A DNA stretch of 32,000 nt from Haloferax volcanii DS2 (GCF_000025685.1 NC_013967.1:1140001-1172000), one strand, 5' to 3'. Positions 15,990 through 24,973 are shown, counted from the stretch's first letter. A program made the numbers and translations. The notes: a model not told the origin generated them from the letters alone.

Positions 15990-15998
15990 GCTTTTTTC
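15990..15998 (+). terminator. Oligo-T terminator after the aminotransferase gene
   Basis: GCTTTTTTCC (T6) lies about 40 nt after the stop at 15953. Confidence 0.45.
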
Positions 15999-16059
15999 CG
16001 AACGAGCGCCACCATGAGTATGCGAAGCATTCACACGGATGGGGCGCGTACGGTCAGTG

Positions 16060-16485
16060 ATGTACGACGAAATCCTGCTCCCCGTCGACGGGAGTCCGGC
16101 GGCCGAACAGGCGATGCCGCACGTGTTCGACCTCGCGGAGCGGTTCGACGCGACGGTACACGTGTTGTTCGTCGTGAACACGACGCGGGACAGCGCGGGT
16201 GTTGTCGGCGGCACGGTCCTCGACACGCTCGAACGGGAGGGCCGACGCGTCGTCGACGAGGTCGAAGCACGCGGCGAACGCCGCGGTATCGAGACGCACG
16301 GCGTCGTCCGGCGGGGCGCACCGCACGACGCAATCCTCGACTACGCGACCGAACACGGCGTCGAGGTCATCGTGATGGCGACGCACGGACGGACGGGCGT
16401 CGAGCGCGTGCTGCTCGGGAGCGTGACGGAGCGCGTCGTCCGGGCCGCGCCGGTTCCCGTGTTGACGGTCCGCGCAGCCGAGTAG
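16060..16485 (+). CDS. Universal stress protein UspA family (141 aa)
   Basis: MYDEILLPVDGSPAAEQAMPHVFDLA...VIVMATHGRTGVERVLLGSVTERVVRAAPVPVLTV is canonical Usp. The upstream ATG at 16039 is also possible. Confidence 0.9.
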   Translation: MYDEILLPVDGSPAAEQAMPHVFDLAERFDATVHVLFVVNTTRDSAGVVGGTVLDTLEREGRRVVDEVEARGERRGIETHGVVRRGAPHDAILDYATEHGVEVIVMATHGRTGVERVLLGSVTERVVRAAPVPVLTVRAAE

Positions 16486-16605
16486 TCGGGTCGTCGGGGC
16501 GAAGCGGCCACGACGACTCGACCGGCCGAAACGCACCGCGATATCGCTGACCGAGCGCGTCATCGACGCTGGCCACCGTTGGGACAGTTCGAGAGACCAA
16601 CACGC

Positions 16606-16620
16606 AAAGTATTATTAAAT
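16606..16620 (+). promoter_or_regulatory. TATA-like box for the 16643 gene
   Basis: AAAGTATTATTAAAT ends 23 nt before the ATG at 16643. It overlaps the ATG at 16619 used in the track, which argues against that start. Confidence 0.45.
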
Positions 16621-16642
16621 GCGCTTTCGTCGTGCAATACGA

Positions 16643-17356
16643 ATGGATTCGGGAGGTGACACGGACATCGCCGTGACCGAGGACGCGTCCACGTTTCAAC
16701 TCGGACTGGACGACCTCAAGCGGCGAGGGAGCGCGCTTCTGGTCGTCGGGTCGGTCCCGACTGAACTCTACTCGCGCGCGTCCAAACAGATGCTCGGTGC
16801 CCCCGACGAGCCGCGACGCCGTCTGTTAGTTCTCAACGACTCGACGCCGCTCGCCGACCGACTCGACGACGACATCCAGCGCACCAAAGAGTGGACGCGC
16901 GTGGTTCGGTACTCGACGCTCGAACGGAGCGCGGCGGCATCGTCGTCTCCCGACGCCGTGCCGACCGCTGCGGACACCTACGAGCGCCGGGTTGGCGGCG
17001 GTCTCGGTCAGCTCGGTACGGAACTCGCCAACGACGTGACCGAGTTCGACAGCCTCTCCGGCGGGCTCTCTCCGGCCGAACTCCGCGTCGCGTTCGACTG
17101 CCTGCCGTCACTCCTCTCGCGGTACCAGCGAGACCAGGTGTTTCGGTTCCTCCACGTCATGACCAGCCACGTCCGCGCCCGAAACGGGATGGTCCACGTC
17201 TGGTCGCCCGGGGACCGCGAAGACGAGCGCACCCGGCTGCTCGAACCGCTGTTCGACGCCGTCGTCGAACTCGACGTCGAGGGCACGGAGGCTCGCCAGC
17301 GCTGGCATCTCCGGCGGCGAGACGCCTCCTCCGGCTGGTTTCCGTTGGAGTCGTGA
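16643..17356 (+). CDS. Conserved-looking haloarchaeal protein, possible degenerate RecA/KaiC-like fold without Walker A (237 aa)
   Basis: The pattern LDDLKRRGSALLVVGSVPTELY (strand plus a loop where the P-loop would be), ELRVAFDCLPSLL (Walker-B-like strand) and VFRFLHVMTSHVRARNGMVHVW resembles KaiC/RecA-type signalling ATPases that have lost GxxGxGKT. This assignment is by eye only. Confidence 0.65.
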   Translation: MDSGGDTDIAVTEDASTFQLGLDDLKRRGSALLVVGSVPTELYSRASKQMLGAPDEPRRRLLVLNDSTPLADRLDDDIQRTKEWTRVVRYSTLERSAAASSSPDAVPTAADTYERRVGGGLGQLGTELANDVTEFDSLSGGLSPAELRVAFDCLPSLLSRYQRDQVFRFLHVMTSHVRARNGMVHVWSPGDREDERTRLLEPLFDAVVELDVEGTEARQRWHLRRRDASSGWFPLES

Positions 17357-17406
17357 ATCTCGCACGACCAGTACGCTTTTCACCTTAATCGTGTCACGTA
17401 GACACA

Positions 17407-19534
17407 ATGGAACCGTCCGGGCAGGACCAGCGGGCTGACGCGTCTTCCGCGTTGGAAGTCGGTTTTTCGCTCCCTTCAGATGGCACGGGGTTGGTCGTTC
17501 GAGACAACATCGAACGCCACCAGTTCATGCTTCGAACGCCGTCGTCAGTCGCGCCGGAGCCGACCGACCGACGCCGGTTCTCGCTCCCGACGGACGCCGC
17601 GGTCCGCATCGAGACCGACCGTATCGGGTTGGCCGCGAACACGGTCGTCTGCGTCCGCGACGAGGCGGGGTCGATGCTCGCACAGGTCGACCAGCAGGGT
17701 CGCGAGGAACTCGACGCGGCGACGTACAGCATCGAGCTTTTCGGCGCGGTCAAGACGTATCTCCGAGTCGACGGGGCAGTGACCGTCGACGCGCAGCCGC
17801 TCGAAACCGTGCTCTCGTTCGAGGAGTCCCAGACGGTGTTCGTCGGCGCGCGGTCGTCCCACGAGAGCCCCGCGGCGACGATTACGACGACCGACGACCC
17901 GCTCGACGTGATGGAGGCCGTCTCGGCGTTCAGCTCCGCGCTCAAGACCACGAGCGTCGAGCGGTCGTACCCGACGCTCCGGGGCCACCCGCCGCTTCTC
18001 GAACTGGGCGACGAACTCGACATCCCGGCGGAACTCCGCGTCCCCGACACCGGCGTCCGAATCGAACTCCCGCCGACGCTGAGTCACGTCTTCGTGGCGA
18101 CGCCGCTGGCGTACTATCTCGGCGCGAGGCTCGTCCCCGGCGACTCGCCCCGACTCGTCACCGAAGGGGGGTTCGTCCACGACTTCGACGGCCCACACGG
18201 GTTCGAGGAGGCGGTCGCGCGCGCTCAAGCGCACGTTCTTCCTCGACTGCGTCGTTCGGACGGAGGGCATCTACGACGTGCCGCTCCACGAGCGCCAGAC
18301 CGTCGAGTCGCGGACGGATATCGACGCCGAGGGGCTGTACGACGCGCCGCTCGACGAACGGCTCGCGGCGTACTTCGAGCTTCCGTACGACCAGATTGCC
18401 GACCTCGTCCCGGAGTGGAAGCTGACGACGCACGTCGCGCCGCAGACCGACAACGTCGAACTGCTCCCCTTCGTCACGAACGACCTCGCGGTCGTCCGGA
18501 CCCCGTCCGGGACCGAAGTCCCGCACTCGGAGGTGCAGGCGGCCGTCGTCGACGATTTCCTCCGAGACGACGCCGACGCCGAGGACATCGACGCCGAGAC
18601 CGTCAGGAGCGCCGGCGCGACGACGCCGAGCGAGACGTACGTCAAGCCCAGTTCGACCGATTCGGTCGAGCAGGCGTGGATTAGCGACGGAACGCCCGTC
18701 GGCGCGAGCAAGACCACGCCCGCCGCCTATCGGAACCGCCTCCAGCGCGAACCGGCGCAGGGTGATATCGGTATCACGGTCGTCTGTAACGACCCCGAGA
18801 TGCTCGACGAGACCGACATCGTCGACGAGGTGTACGGCTCGCGCGACGGACTGTCGTTCGACGTCGACGCCCACTACGACCTCAGCGGGGCGGAGCTTCG
18901 GCAGACGCTCGCGGAGCCGACCGACTTCCTCCACTACATCGGCCACATCGACGACGACGGCTTCCAGTGCCGCGACGGCAGGGTCGACGCGGAGACGCTC
19001 GACCACGTCGGAACGGGCGCGTTCTTCCTCAACGCGTGCCAGTCGTACGACCAAGGACTCGCGCTCGTCGAGGCCGGCGCTATCGGCGGTATCGTCACGT
19101 TCAGCGAGGTCATCAACAGTCAGGCGGTCGGCGTGGGCCGCACGCTGGCCCGACTGCTCAACGGCGGGTTCCCGCTCCAAGCGTCGCTCGACGTGGTCCG
19201 AATCGACAGCGATGTCGCACACCAGTACGGCGTCGTCGGGGACGGCGGGCTGTCAGTTGTCCAGGCAGAGAGTGGGGTCGCGGTGCTCTGCGAGGTCGAA
19301 TCCCTCGATAGCGACACTTACGAATTGGCGTATAATGCGTACCCGACATCACGGAGCGGACTGGGTTCGTTGATAATCCCTGATCTACCGGGGAACACCG
19401 AGTACTTTCTCTCGTCGCAACCGCTCTCGAAGGTTAACCTATCGACTCAGGAGCTACGAGACTTCCTCGCGCTAGAACAAATTCCGGTTATCTACGACGA
19501 TACCGTCTACTGGGATTGCGAATTCCTCGCGTAA
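17407..19534 (+). pseudogene. Caspase/CHAT-like His-Cys protein (about 708 aa if repaired), interrupted by a +1/-2 frameshift near 18216..18224
   Basis: Frame 1 (17407 onward) is acidic and protein-like up to ...GFEEAVARA, then turns into Arg-rich junk. Frame 2 is protein-like from LKRTFFLDCVVRTEGIYDV (18224) to the stop at 19534. The C-terminal core ITVVCND...FLHYIGH (His codon 18944..18946)...AFFLNACQS (Cys codon 19037..19039)...GAIGGIVTFSEVINSQAVGVGRTLARLL matches the CHAT/caspase order and spacing. Confidence 0.7.
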
Positions 19535-19675
19535 TTACGGCCCGTAGATGATTCCCGTGTTTCCGGCCGCCACGCTGCCGGCCTGCGAGAGCAGGAGCGT
19601 GAGCGTGAACAGGACGCCCATCATGCGGGGGTTCTGGCGGAGGTACGTTACCATCTGGTTGCTGTCGTCGGACAT
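19535..19675 (-). CDS. Unannotated small membrane protein (46 aa)
   Basis: My translation is MSDDSNQMVTYLRQNPRMMGVLFTLTLLLSQAGSVAAGNTGIIYGP, with one TM helix. It is below the track size cutoff. A strong TATA box lies 25 nt upstream, and the stop directly abuts the stop of the convergent CHAT-like gene. Confidence 0.55.
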   Translation of the reverse strand: MSDDSNQMVTYLRQNPRMMGVLFTLTLLLSQAGSVAAGNTGIIYGP

Positions 19676-19700
19676 GTGCACTTACCCCAAGGCGCGTGCA

Positions 19701-19715
19701 GAAATTATAATTTTT
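19701..19715 (-). promoter_or_regulatory. TATA box for the 46 aa gene
   Basis: The minus strand reads AAAAATTATAATTTC, ending 25 nt before the ATG at 19675. Confidence 0.5.
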
Positions 19716-19896
19716 CGTGTATATCTGATATGAAATTAACTTAATTAACGGAGCGGGTGTCGCAAGTAACCGTCAGTCTGGCGAACGGTTCCCGTAACGG
19801 CGTGCAAACTACCCGTACGCTGCACGGGCTACGCGTCGGCTACGAGAACGGAGACGAGAGAAGACGGTCGGCGTCCGAAACGGTTGCCCGGTCTGG

Positions 19897-20487
19897 TCAG
19901 GAGTTGTCGATGTCGGCCTCGCCGCCGATGTCTCGGTACACCGCGGAGATTCCTTCGGTATCGTCGAGTTGCCCGAGCGTCTCGTCGAGTTCGCGCCGGA
20001 GCTCGGTCAGGCGGGCGGTGAGCCGCTGGTACTCCTCGTTTTCTTCCAGCGCCGCCTCGTCTTTCTCCGACTCTAACAGCGCCTTCTTCGACGCGAGGGA
20101 AAACAGGTCTTGGATACCCACGTCGTAGGCGTTTCGCAAGATGAGGTTAGAGACGGTCTCGGTCAGCGCTTCGCGCGAGACGGGTTTGACGAGGTAGTCG
20201 TCGAAGCCCATCGCGATGATGTCGAAGTCGGGTTCGACCGCGGTCACCATGGCGACGCGGCACTCGAAGCCACGGTCTCGAATCTCCGAGAGCGCCTCGT
20301 CGCCCGAGAGGTCGGGCATCCGACGGTCGAGGAGAACAACGTCAACCTCGTCGTCGAGCTTATCGAGCGCCTCGCGGCCGCCGTAGGCGACACGAACGCC
20401 GTAGTCGTTCCTAAGCCAGGTTGCGTACAGATCGGCGAGGTCAGGCTCATCTTCAACGATGAGCACCAGTGGCTGTTCTGCGCTCAT
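19897..20487 (-). CDS. Response regulator with receiver domain plus HalX domain (196 aa)
   Basis: LIVEDEPDLADLY...VVLLDRRMPDLSGDE...DDYLVKP (REC) is followed by a helical C-terminal region typical of HalX. Confidence 0.9.
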   Translation of the reverse strand: MSAEQPLVLIVEDEPDLADLYATWLRNDYGVRVAYGGREALDKLDDEVDVVLLDRRMPDLSGDEALSEIRDRGFECRVAMVTAVEPDFDIIAMGFDDYLVKPVSREALTETVSNLILRNAYDVGIQDLFSLASKKALLESEKDEAALEENEEYQRLTARLTELRRELDETLGQLDDTEGISAVYRDIGGEADIDNS

Positions 20488-20640
20488 TGGTAGTGGAGTG
20501 GTGTTCCGGAGACGCTCACGAAACTCAATGTCGTGCAGTGGTATATCAAAATACCTCTTGTCTAACGCCGTCCGAAACCGCGCTTGTGGGCACTAATTGC
20601 CCCCCGGAGTTGTTATACATTCCGGCGAACCGAACAGATA

Positions 20641-21729
20641 CTAACTGTCGGATGTCCCCGAAATCGACTCGACGGTGATGCGGTTCGCCTCGACATCCTC
20701 TAACACCGCGCCCCACCCGCCGACGGTGTAGGTCTCCCGGTCGGTCTCGACGGTCAGGCAGACCTGCCCCGCGAGTTCCGAAAACGACAACGCGTCCGTC
20801 GGTGCGGAGACCGCCGTGTAGTACACGTCAGTCACTTCGCCGGTGAACTCGATTGGGTCGCGCTCGTCGGTCTCGTAGCCCTCGATGTGGGCGGTGATTC
20901 GGTTCCCGTCGCGGACGAGCGGCTCTACGTCCTGTACGAAGTGTCTGATGTCCGAGTACACTATCGGCGGCTCGTCGGTCTGCGCGTCGTAGACGACCTC
21001 CCAGACCTCCCACAGCGCCGTCTGGAAGTACCAGTGGAAGACGTACGCCAGCGTGTAGTCGTCGACGAGGACGCCGTACTGGTTCACCGAGTTGTCGTGC
21101 GGCGCGAAACACGCGCCCGTCCGGTCGACGATGGCGACGAACGGCGTCGGAAGGGTTCGGTGTCTGACCTCCGTGGCGACCCCGCGGTACTCCCGTTCGG
21201 CGGGTGGTTCGAGCTCGTCGGTCCGCTCGGGGTGGAGCACGACCTTCACCAGCGCGCCGTTCTCGTACGCCTCCGACAGCGCCGGCTTGAGCTCGTAGAA
21301 CTGCTCGGGAGTGACCGACAGTTGGACCTCGCCGTCGGCCCCTCGAATCATCTCTTCGGCCCGATTGAACACCGTCTCGAAGCGCTTGACGATGCTCAGC
21401 ATGTGCCGGTCGACCGCGGGCTGTTGCCAGCGCGCCTCGATTTCCTCTGCCGCGTCGTCCAGTTGGACGGCGCGGCTCTTGAGGTCCTCCATCACCGATT
21501 GCGGGTCGCACGCCCGCGCGTGAAGACTGTCTTGCTCGTAGGTCTCGATGTAGCCCTTCGCTTCGAGGTCGCGGAGAACATCGTAGATACGGGCGGTCGG
21601 CACGGCGCAGGCGTCGGCGAGTTCGGTCGCACTCGCCGCGCCGAGTTGCAGCAGCGCGACGTACGCCTCGGCCTGATACTGAGACAACCCGGCGTTCCGG
21701 AGTGCGGTGCGTAGCTCCGCGGTATTCAT
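20641..21729 (-). CDS. TrmB family transcriptional regulator (362 aa)
   Basis: MNTAELRTALRNAGLSQYQAEAYVALLQLGAASATELADACAVPTARIYDVLRDLEAKGYIE (TrmB wHTH) plus a TrmB C-terminal domain. The ATG at 21729 is chosen over 21753 because of TATA spacing. Confidence 0.9.
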   Translation of the reverse strand: MNTAELRTALRNAGLSQYQAEAYVALLQLGAASATELADACAVPTARIYDVLRDLEAKGYIETYEQDSLHARACDPQSVMEDLKSRAVQLDDAAEEIEARWQQPAVDRHMLSIVKRFETVFNRAEEMIRGADGEVQLSVTPEQFYELKPALSEAYENGALVKVVLHPERTDELEPPAEREYRGVATEVRHRTLPTPFVAIVDRTGACFAPHDNSVNQYGVLVDDYTLAYVFHWYFQTALWEVWEVVYDAQTDEPPIVYSDIRHFVQDVEPLVRDGNRITAHIEGYETDERDPIEFTGEVTDVYYTAVSAPTDALSFSELAGQVCLTVETDRETYTVGGWGAVLEDVEANRITVESISGTSDS

Positions 21730-21755
21730 CGCTTGTAGATGCACGACATACATCC

Positions 21756-21768
21756 CTATTAATTATCG
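21756..21768 (-). promoter_or_regulatory. TATA box for the TrmB-family gene
   Basis: The minus strand reads CGATAATTAATAG, ending about 27 nt upstream of the ATG at 21729. Confidence 0.5.
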
Positions 21769-21870
21769 TATGTTCTCGCCCCGCGTTCGCTCCGGGCGTC
21801 GAGCCGAGAGCGGGGAGAAAGAACAGTGAGGAGACGGAAACAGCGGGAAAACGAAACGGTCGGGTGCGCG

Positions 21871-23367
21871 TTACTCGCTCGGGCTGTAATTCGGCGCTTC
21901 GTCGGTAATCATCACGTCGTGGGGGTGGCCTTCGGTCTGGCCGGCGGCGGAGACGCGGACGAAGCGGGCGCGCTCTTTGACCTCGGGGATGGTCTCGGCA
22001 CCGACGTAGCCCATGCCGGACTGCATACCGCCGACGAGTTGGTGGAGCTCGGACGCGAGCGAGCCCTTGTACGGCGTCGCGGCCTCGACGCCCTCGGGGA
22101 CGTACTCCTCGTCCTCGTTGTCCTCTTTGAGGTAGCGGTCGGCACCGCCGGACTGCATCGCGCCGACGGAGCCCATGCCGCGGTACTGCTTGTACTTCTT
22201 GCCGTTCATCGTGATGACGCGGCCGGGGGCCTCGTCGGTGCCGGCGAAGTAGGAGCCGAGCATGACGGCGTCGGCACCGGCGGCGACCGCCTTGATGGCG
22301 TCGCCGGAGTAGCGGATGCCGCCGTCGGCGATGACGGGGATGTCGTGGTCGGCGGCGACGTCAGCAACTTCCGCGACGGCCGAAATCTGGGGCATGCCGG
22401 AGCCGGAGACGACGCGGGTCGTACAGATGGAGCCGGGGCCGATGCCGACCTTGATGCCGTCCGCGAAGTCGACGAGTTCGGCCGCGGCCTCGCGCGTGCC
22501 GACGTTCCCGACGACCACGTCCGCTTCGACGGACTCCTTGATGTCGCGGGCGGTGTCGATGACGTTGAGGTTGTGCGCGTGGGCGCAGTCGATGAAGATG
22601 ACGTCCGCGCCGGCGTCGTCGGCCATCTGCGCGCGCTCGTCGTCGAACGGGCCGACGGCGACGCCGCAGACGAGGCGGCCGTCGTCGTCGCGGGCGGCGT
22701 TCTCGTGTTCGCGGCGCTGGAGGATGCCCTGCATCGTGACGAGGCCGACGAGGCGGCTGTCGTCGTCGACGATGGGGACGCGCTCTATCTTGTGGTCGTA
22801 CATGAGTTCGAGCGCGTCGCGGGCGGTCACGTCGCGTTCGGCCGTGATGACCTCGTCCGTCATGGCCTCGCCCACCTCGTCGGACTCACCGACTTCGAGG
22901 TACGGGCGGATGTCGGTGCCGGAGATGATGCCGAGGACCACGTCGTCGTCGTCGACGACGGGTGCGCCGGAGACGCCGGCGCGCTCCATCATCTCGTCGA
23001 CCTCGCTTATGGTCTGGCCGGGGTTGGCCGTGACCACGTCTTCGCGACGGATGACGAGCTTGTCGGCGCGTTTGACGCGCTCGATTTCGCGGACCATCTG
23101 CTCGGCGTTCATGTTGCGGTGGAGCACGCCGAGGCCGCCCTCGCGGGCCATCCCGATGGCCATCCCGCTTTCGGTGACGGTGTCCATCGCCGCCGAGAGG
23201 ATGGGAATGTTGAGTTCGACGTTCTTCGAGACGCGCGTCGACACGTCGGCGTCGTCGGGTTCGACGCGGCTCTCCATCGGGCGGAGCAGTACGTCGTCGA
23301 ATGTGAGGGATTCGGGTACCCGTAGCTTCTCGGTGAAGGGTTCTCGGTCAGGAACGTCGTTCGCCAT
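21871..23367 (-). CDS. guaB: IMP dehydrogenase with CBS pair (498 aa)
   Basis: LTFDDVLLRP, ILSAAMDTVTE, the catalytic loop GIGPGSICTTR, IADGGIRYSGD and GSYFAG. The start ATG at 23367 (MANDVPDREPF) lies inside the longer track ORF. Confidence 0.97.
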   Translation of the reverse strand: MANDVPDREPFTEKLRVPESLTFDDVLLRPMESRVEPDDADVSTRVSKNVELNIPILSAAMDTVTESGMAIGMAREGGLGVLHRNMNAEQMVREIERVKRADKLVIRREDVVTANPGQTISEVDEMMERAGVSGAPVVDDDDVVLGIISGTDIRPYLEVGESDEVGEAMTDEVITAERDVTARDALELMYDHKIERVPIVDDDSRLVGLVTMQGILQRREHENAARDDDGRLVCGVAVGPFDDERAQMADDAGADVIFIDCAHAHNLNVIDTARDIKESVEADVVVGNVGTREAAAELVDFADGIKVGIGPGSICTTRVVSGSGMPQISAVAEVADVAADHDIPVIADGGIRYSGDAIKAVAAGADAVMLGSYFAGTDEAPGRVITMNGKKYKQYRGMGSVGAMQSGGADRYLKEDNEDEEYVPEGVEAATPYKGSLASELHQLVGGMQSGMGYVGAETIPEVKERARFVRVSAAGQTEGHPHDVMITDEAPNYSPSE

Positions 23368-23968
23368 ATCAAGCGTGGTTGCGGCGACGACAAAAGGGTT
23401 GCGAGATAGCACGGGCGTGTCGATGTATCGCAAACCCGACCGTCGATATACCCACATACGTGAGTATTCTCTGCATCGCCGGTCGACCGAGACGACCACC
23501 GAAGCACGTGATGACGCCCGTGAACGACGGACGCCGCCGCCCCCCCGACACGCCGGGGTGTTCGTCCCCCCGTCACGGTGTACCGAATCGCAAGACCATC
23601 GTGAATAATCACCATGTTCACGAACGTGTACCACGAGATTTCCGAGATTTCAAATTATAGCCGATGAATCGTCAGTACTTTTTATACTGAAGGCAGAAAT
23701 ACTCGTGTCCTGTGCGGGCGTATCCCACACAACGTTTAATACTCCTGTCCTATTGTAATCTCGTATGGACTCCACGTGTCCCGCCGCATCGCGCATTGCC
23801 GGTCAAACGACCTCCGACTCCGGCATTCTCTTTACAGCGATGTGGCAGACATTTAAACGGGAGTTCAATTTCGGACGAAATGGGCTTCGCGTGCAGAGCG
23901 CCAGCACGCCCCTGTCCGAATTGCGTTCGTATCGCCGCTTGGGCCATGGTGACGGCCAGTAACATCGA

Positions 23969-24931
23969 ATGAGTGTCTCACGCCACCCAGTCGCCCTTCG
24001 CCTCGAGCAACAGGTAGGGGGTGCCACCCGACTGCTCGCAACCGTCATGGGGTTGCCCCTCATCGACGGCATCTTCCCCGCGCTCATCATTGCGGGGGCG
24101 CTGACGACCACCGCCGGGAACCCCTCGGTCGCGGGCATTCTCCAGACTGGGCTGCTCATCTTCGGCGGGTCGGCGACGGTCGCGGTCATCCTCGCCGAGA
24201 TGGACGGCACGCGCCGCGAGCAGCTCACGTCCATCCTCCTGCTCGGCGTGCTGCTCATCCCGGTCGCGGTCGCCGAGGCCGCCGTCGCGGAGACCATCGA
24301 GACGCTCCTGAACTTCGAGGTGTTCCACCGCTTCGCCGGCCTCGTCATCCTCGCCGTGGCGGCGAAGACGGCCTCCTCGAAGGTCGGCGAGTACCTCCCG
24401 TCGCCGAGCATCATCATCGGCCTCGGCCTCGTCGCGAGCTTCGAGCCCGCCGGGTTCGAACTCATCGTCACCCCCGACCCGATGCGCCTGCTCAGCGCCG
24501 GCGCGGCGGCCGGCACGGGCGTCGGCTTCGCCGGGGCGGTCGCGCTGTTCGCCCCACGGCTCCGCGGCAACGTCGACATCGACCTCTTCCGCTTCGGAAG
24601 CTCGGTCGCCCTCGGCATGCTGGCGCTCGACGTGCTCGGCCTGATGCCGACGCAGGCGCCCGTCGCCCTCGGCGTCCTCGCCGTCACCGCGCTGTTCGCG
24701 TTCGACCCCGGCTCCGACGGCGCGGACCTCGACGAGTTCGTCGACGACGCCTCCGCCACCGAGTCGGCCACGCCCAACGCTAACGCGAACGGGGCGGTCG
24801 CCGACGGTGGCGACGACGCCGACCCGGCCGACTACGACGCGCTGGTCGACGACGCGAACGAGACCGACGACGACTCCGAACCGGGGTACGGCTATCCCGG
24901 CGAAGAAGAGTCGCGCGCCCCCTGGCTGTAA
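23969..24931 (+). CDS. Conserved haloarchaeal polytopic membrane protein with highly acidic C-terminal tail (320 aa)
   Basis: About 7 hydrophobic helices (GLPLIDGIFPALIIAGAL...), then the tail DDASATESATPNANANGAVADGGDDADPADYDALVDDANETDDDSEPGYGYPGEEE. I do not recognise a function. Confidence 0.8.
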   Translation: MSVSRHPVALRLEQQVGGATRLLATVMGLPLIDGIFPALIIAGALTTTAGNPSVAGILQTGLLIFGGSATVAVILAEMDGTRREQLTSILLLGVLLIPVAVAEAAVAETIETLLNFEVFHRFAGLVILAVAAKTASSKVGEYLPSPSIIIGLGLVASFEPAGFELIVTPDPMRLLSAGAAAGTGVGFAGAVALFAPRLRGNVDIDLFRFGSSVALGMLALDVLGLMPTQAPVALGVLAVTALFAFDPGSDGADLDEFVDDASATESATPNANANGAVADGGDDADPADYDALVDDANETDDDSEPGYGYPGEEESRAPWL

Positions 24932-24934
24932 CTC

Positions 24935-24957
24935 GCCGGGCGACTTTTTCTCCCGGC
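24935..24957 (+). terminator. Hairpin with a T5 loop after the membrane protein gene
   Basis: GCCGGG-cgactttttct-CCCGGC lies immediately after the stop at 24931. Confidence 0.35.
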
Positions 24958-24973
24958 CGACGAACCACGTCGC

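Noticed and set aside
17407-19534. Reading 17407..18684 and 18278..19534 as two independent overlapping genes
   Set aside because: The last ~150 residues of the first ORF are Arg-rich junk. The second frame is already protein-like about 55 nt upstream of its first possible start codon. A single frameshifted gene explains both observations.
23508-23514. GTGATGA box-C-like heptamer in the guaB upstream spacer (possible C/D box sRNA)
   Set aside because: There is no CTGA box D within the expected 50-70 nt (the nearest is about 180 nt away), and no terminal stem. It is most likely a chance occurrence.
21826-23634. 499 aa and 430 aa plus-strand ORFs opposite guaB, and the 89-residue N-terminal extension of the guaB ORF (23368..23634)
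   Set aside because: These are shadow frames. IMPDH begins at the conserved MANDVPDREPF... (ATG at 23367), and the extension is basic and crosses the promoter region.
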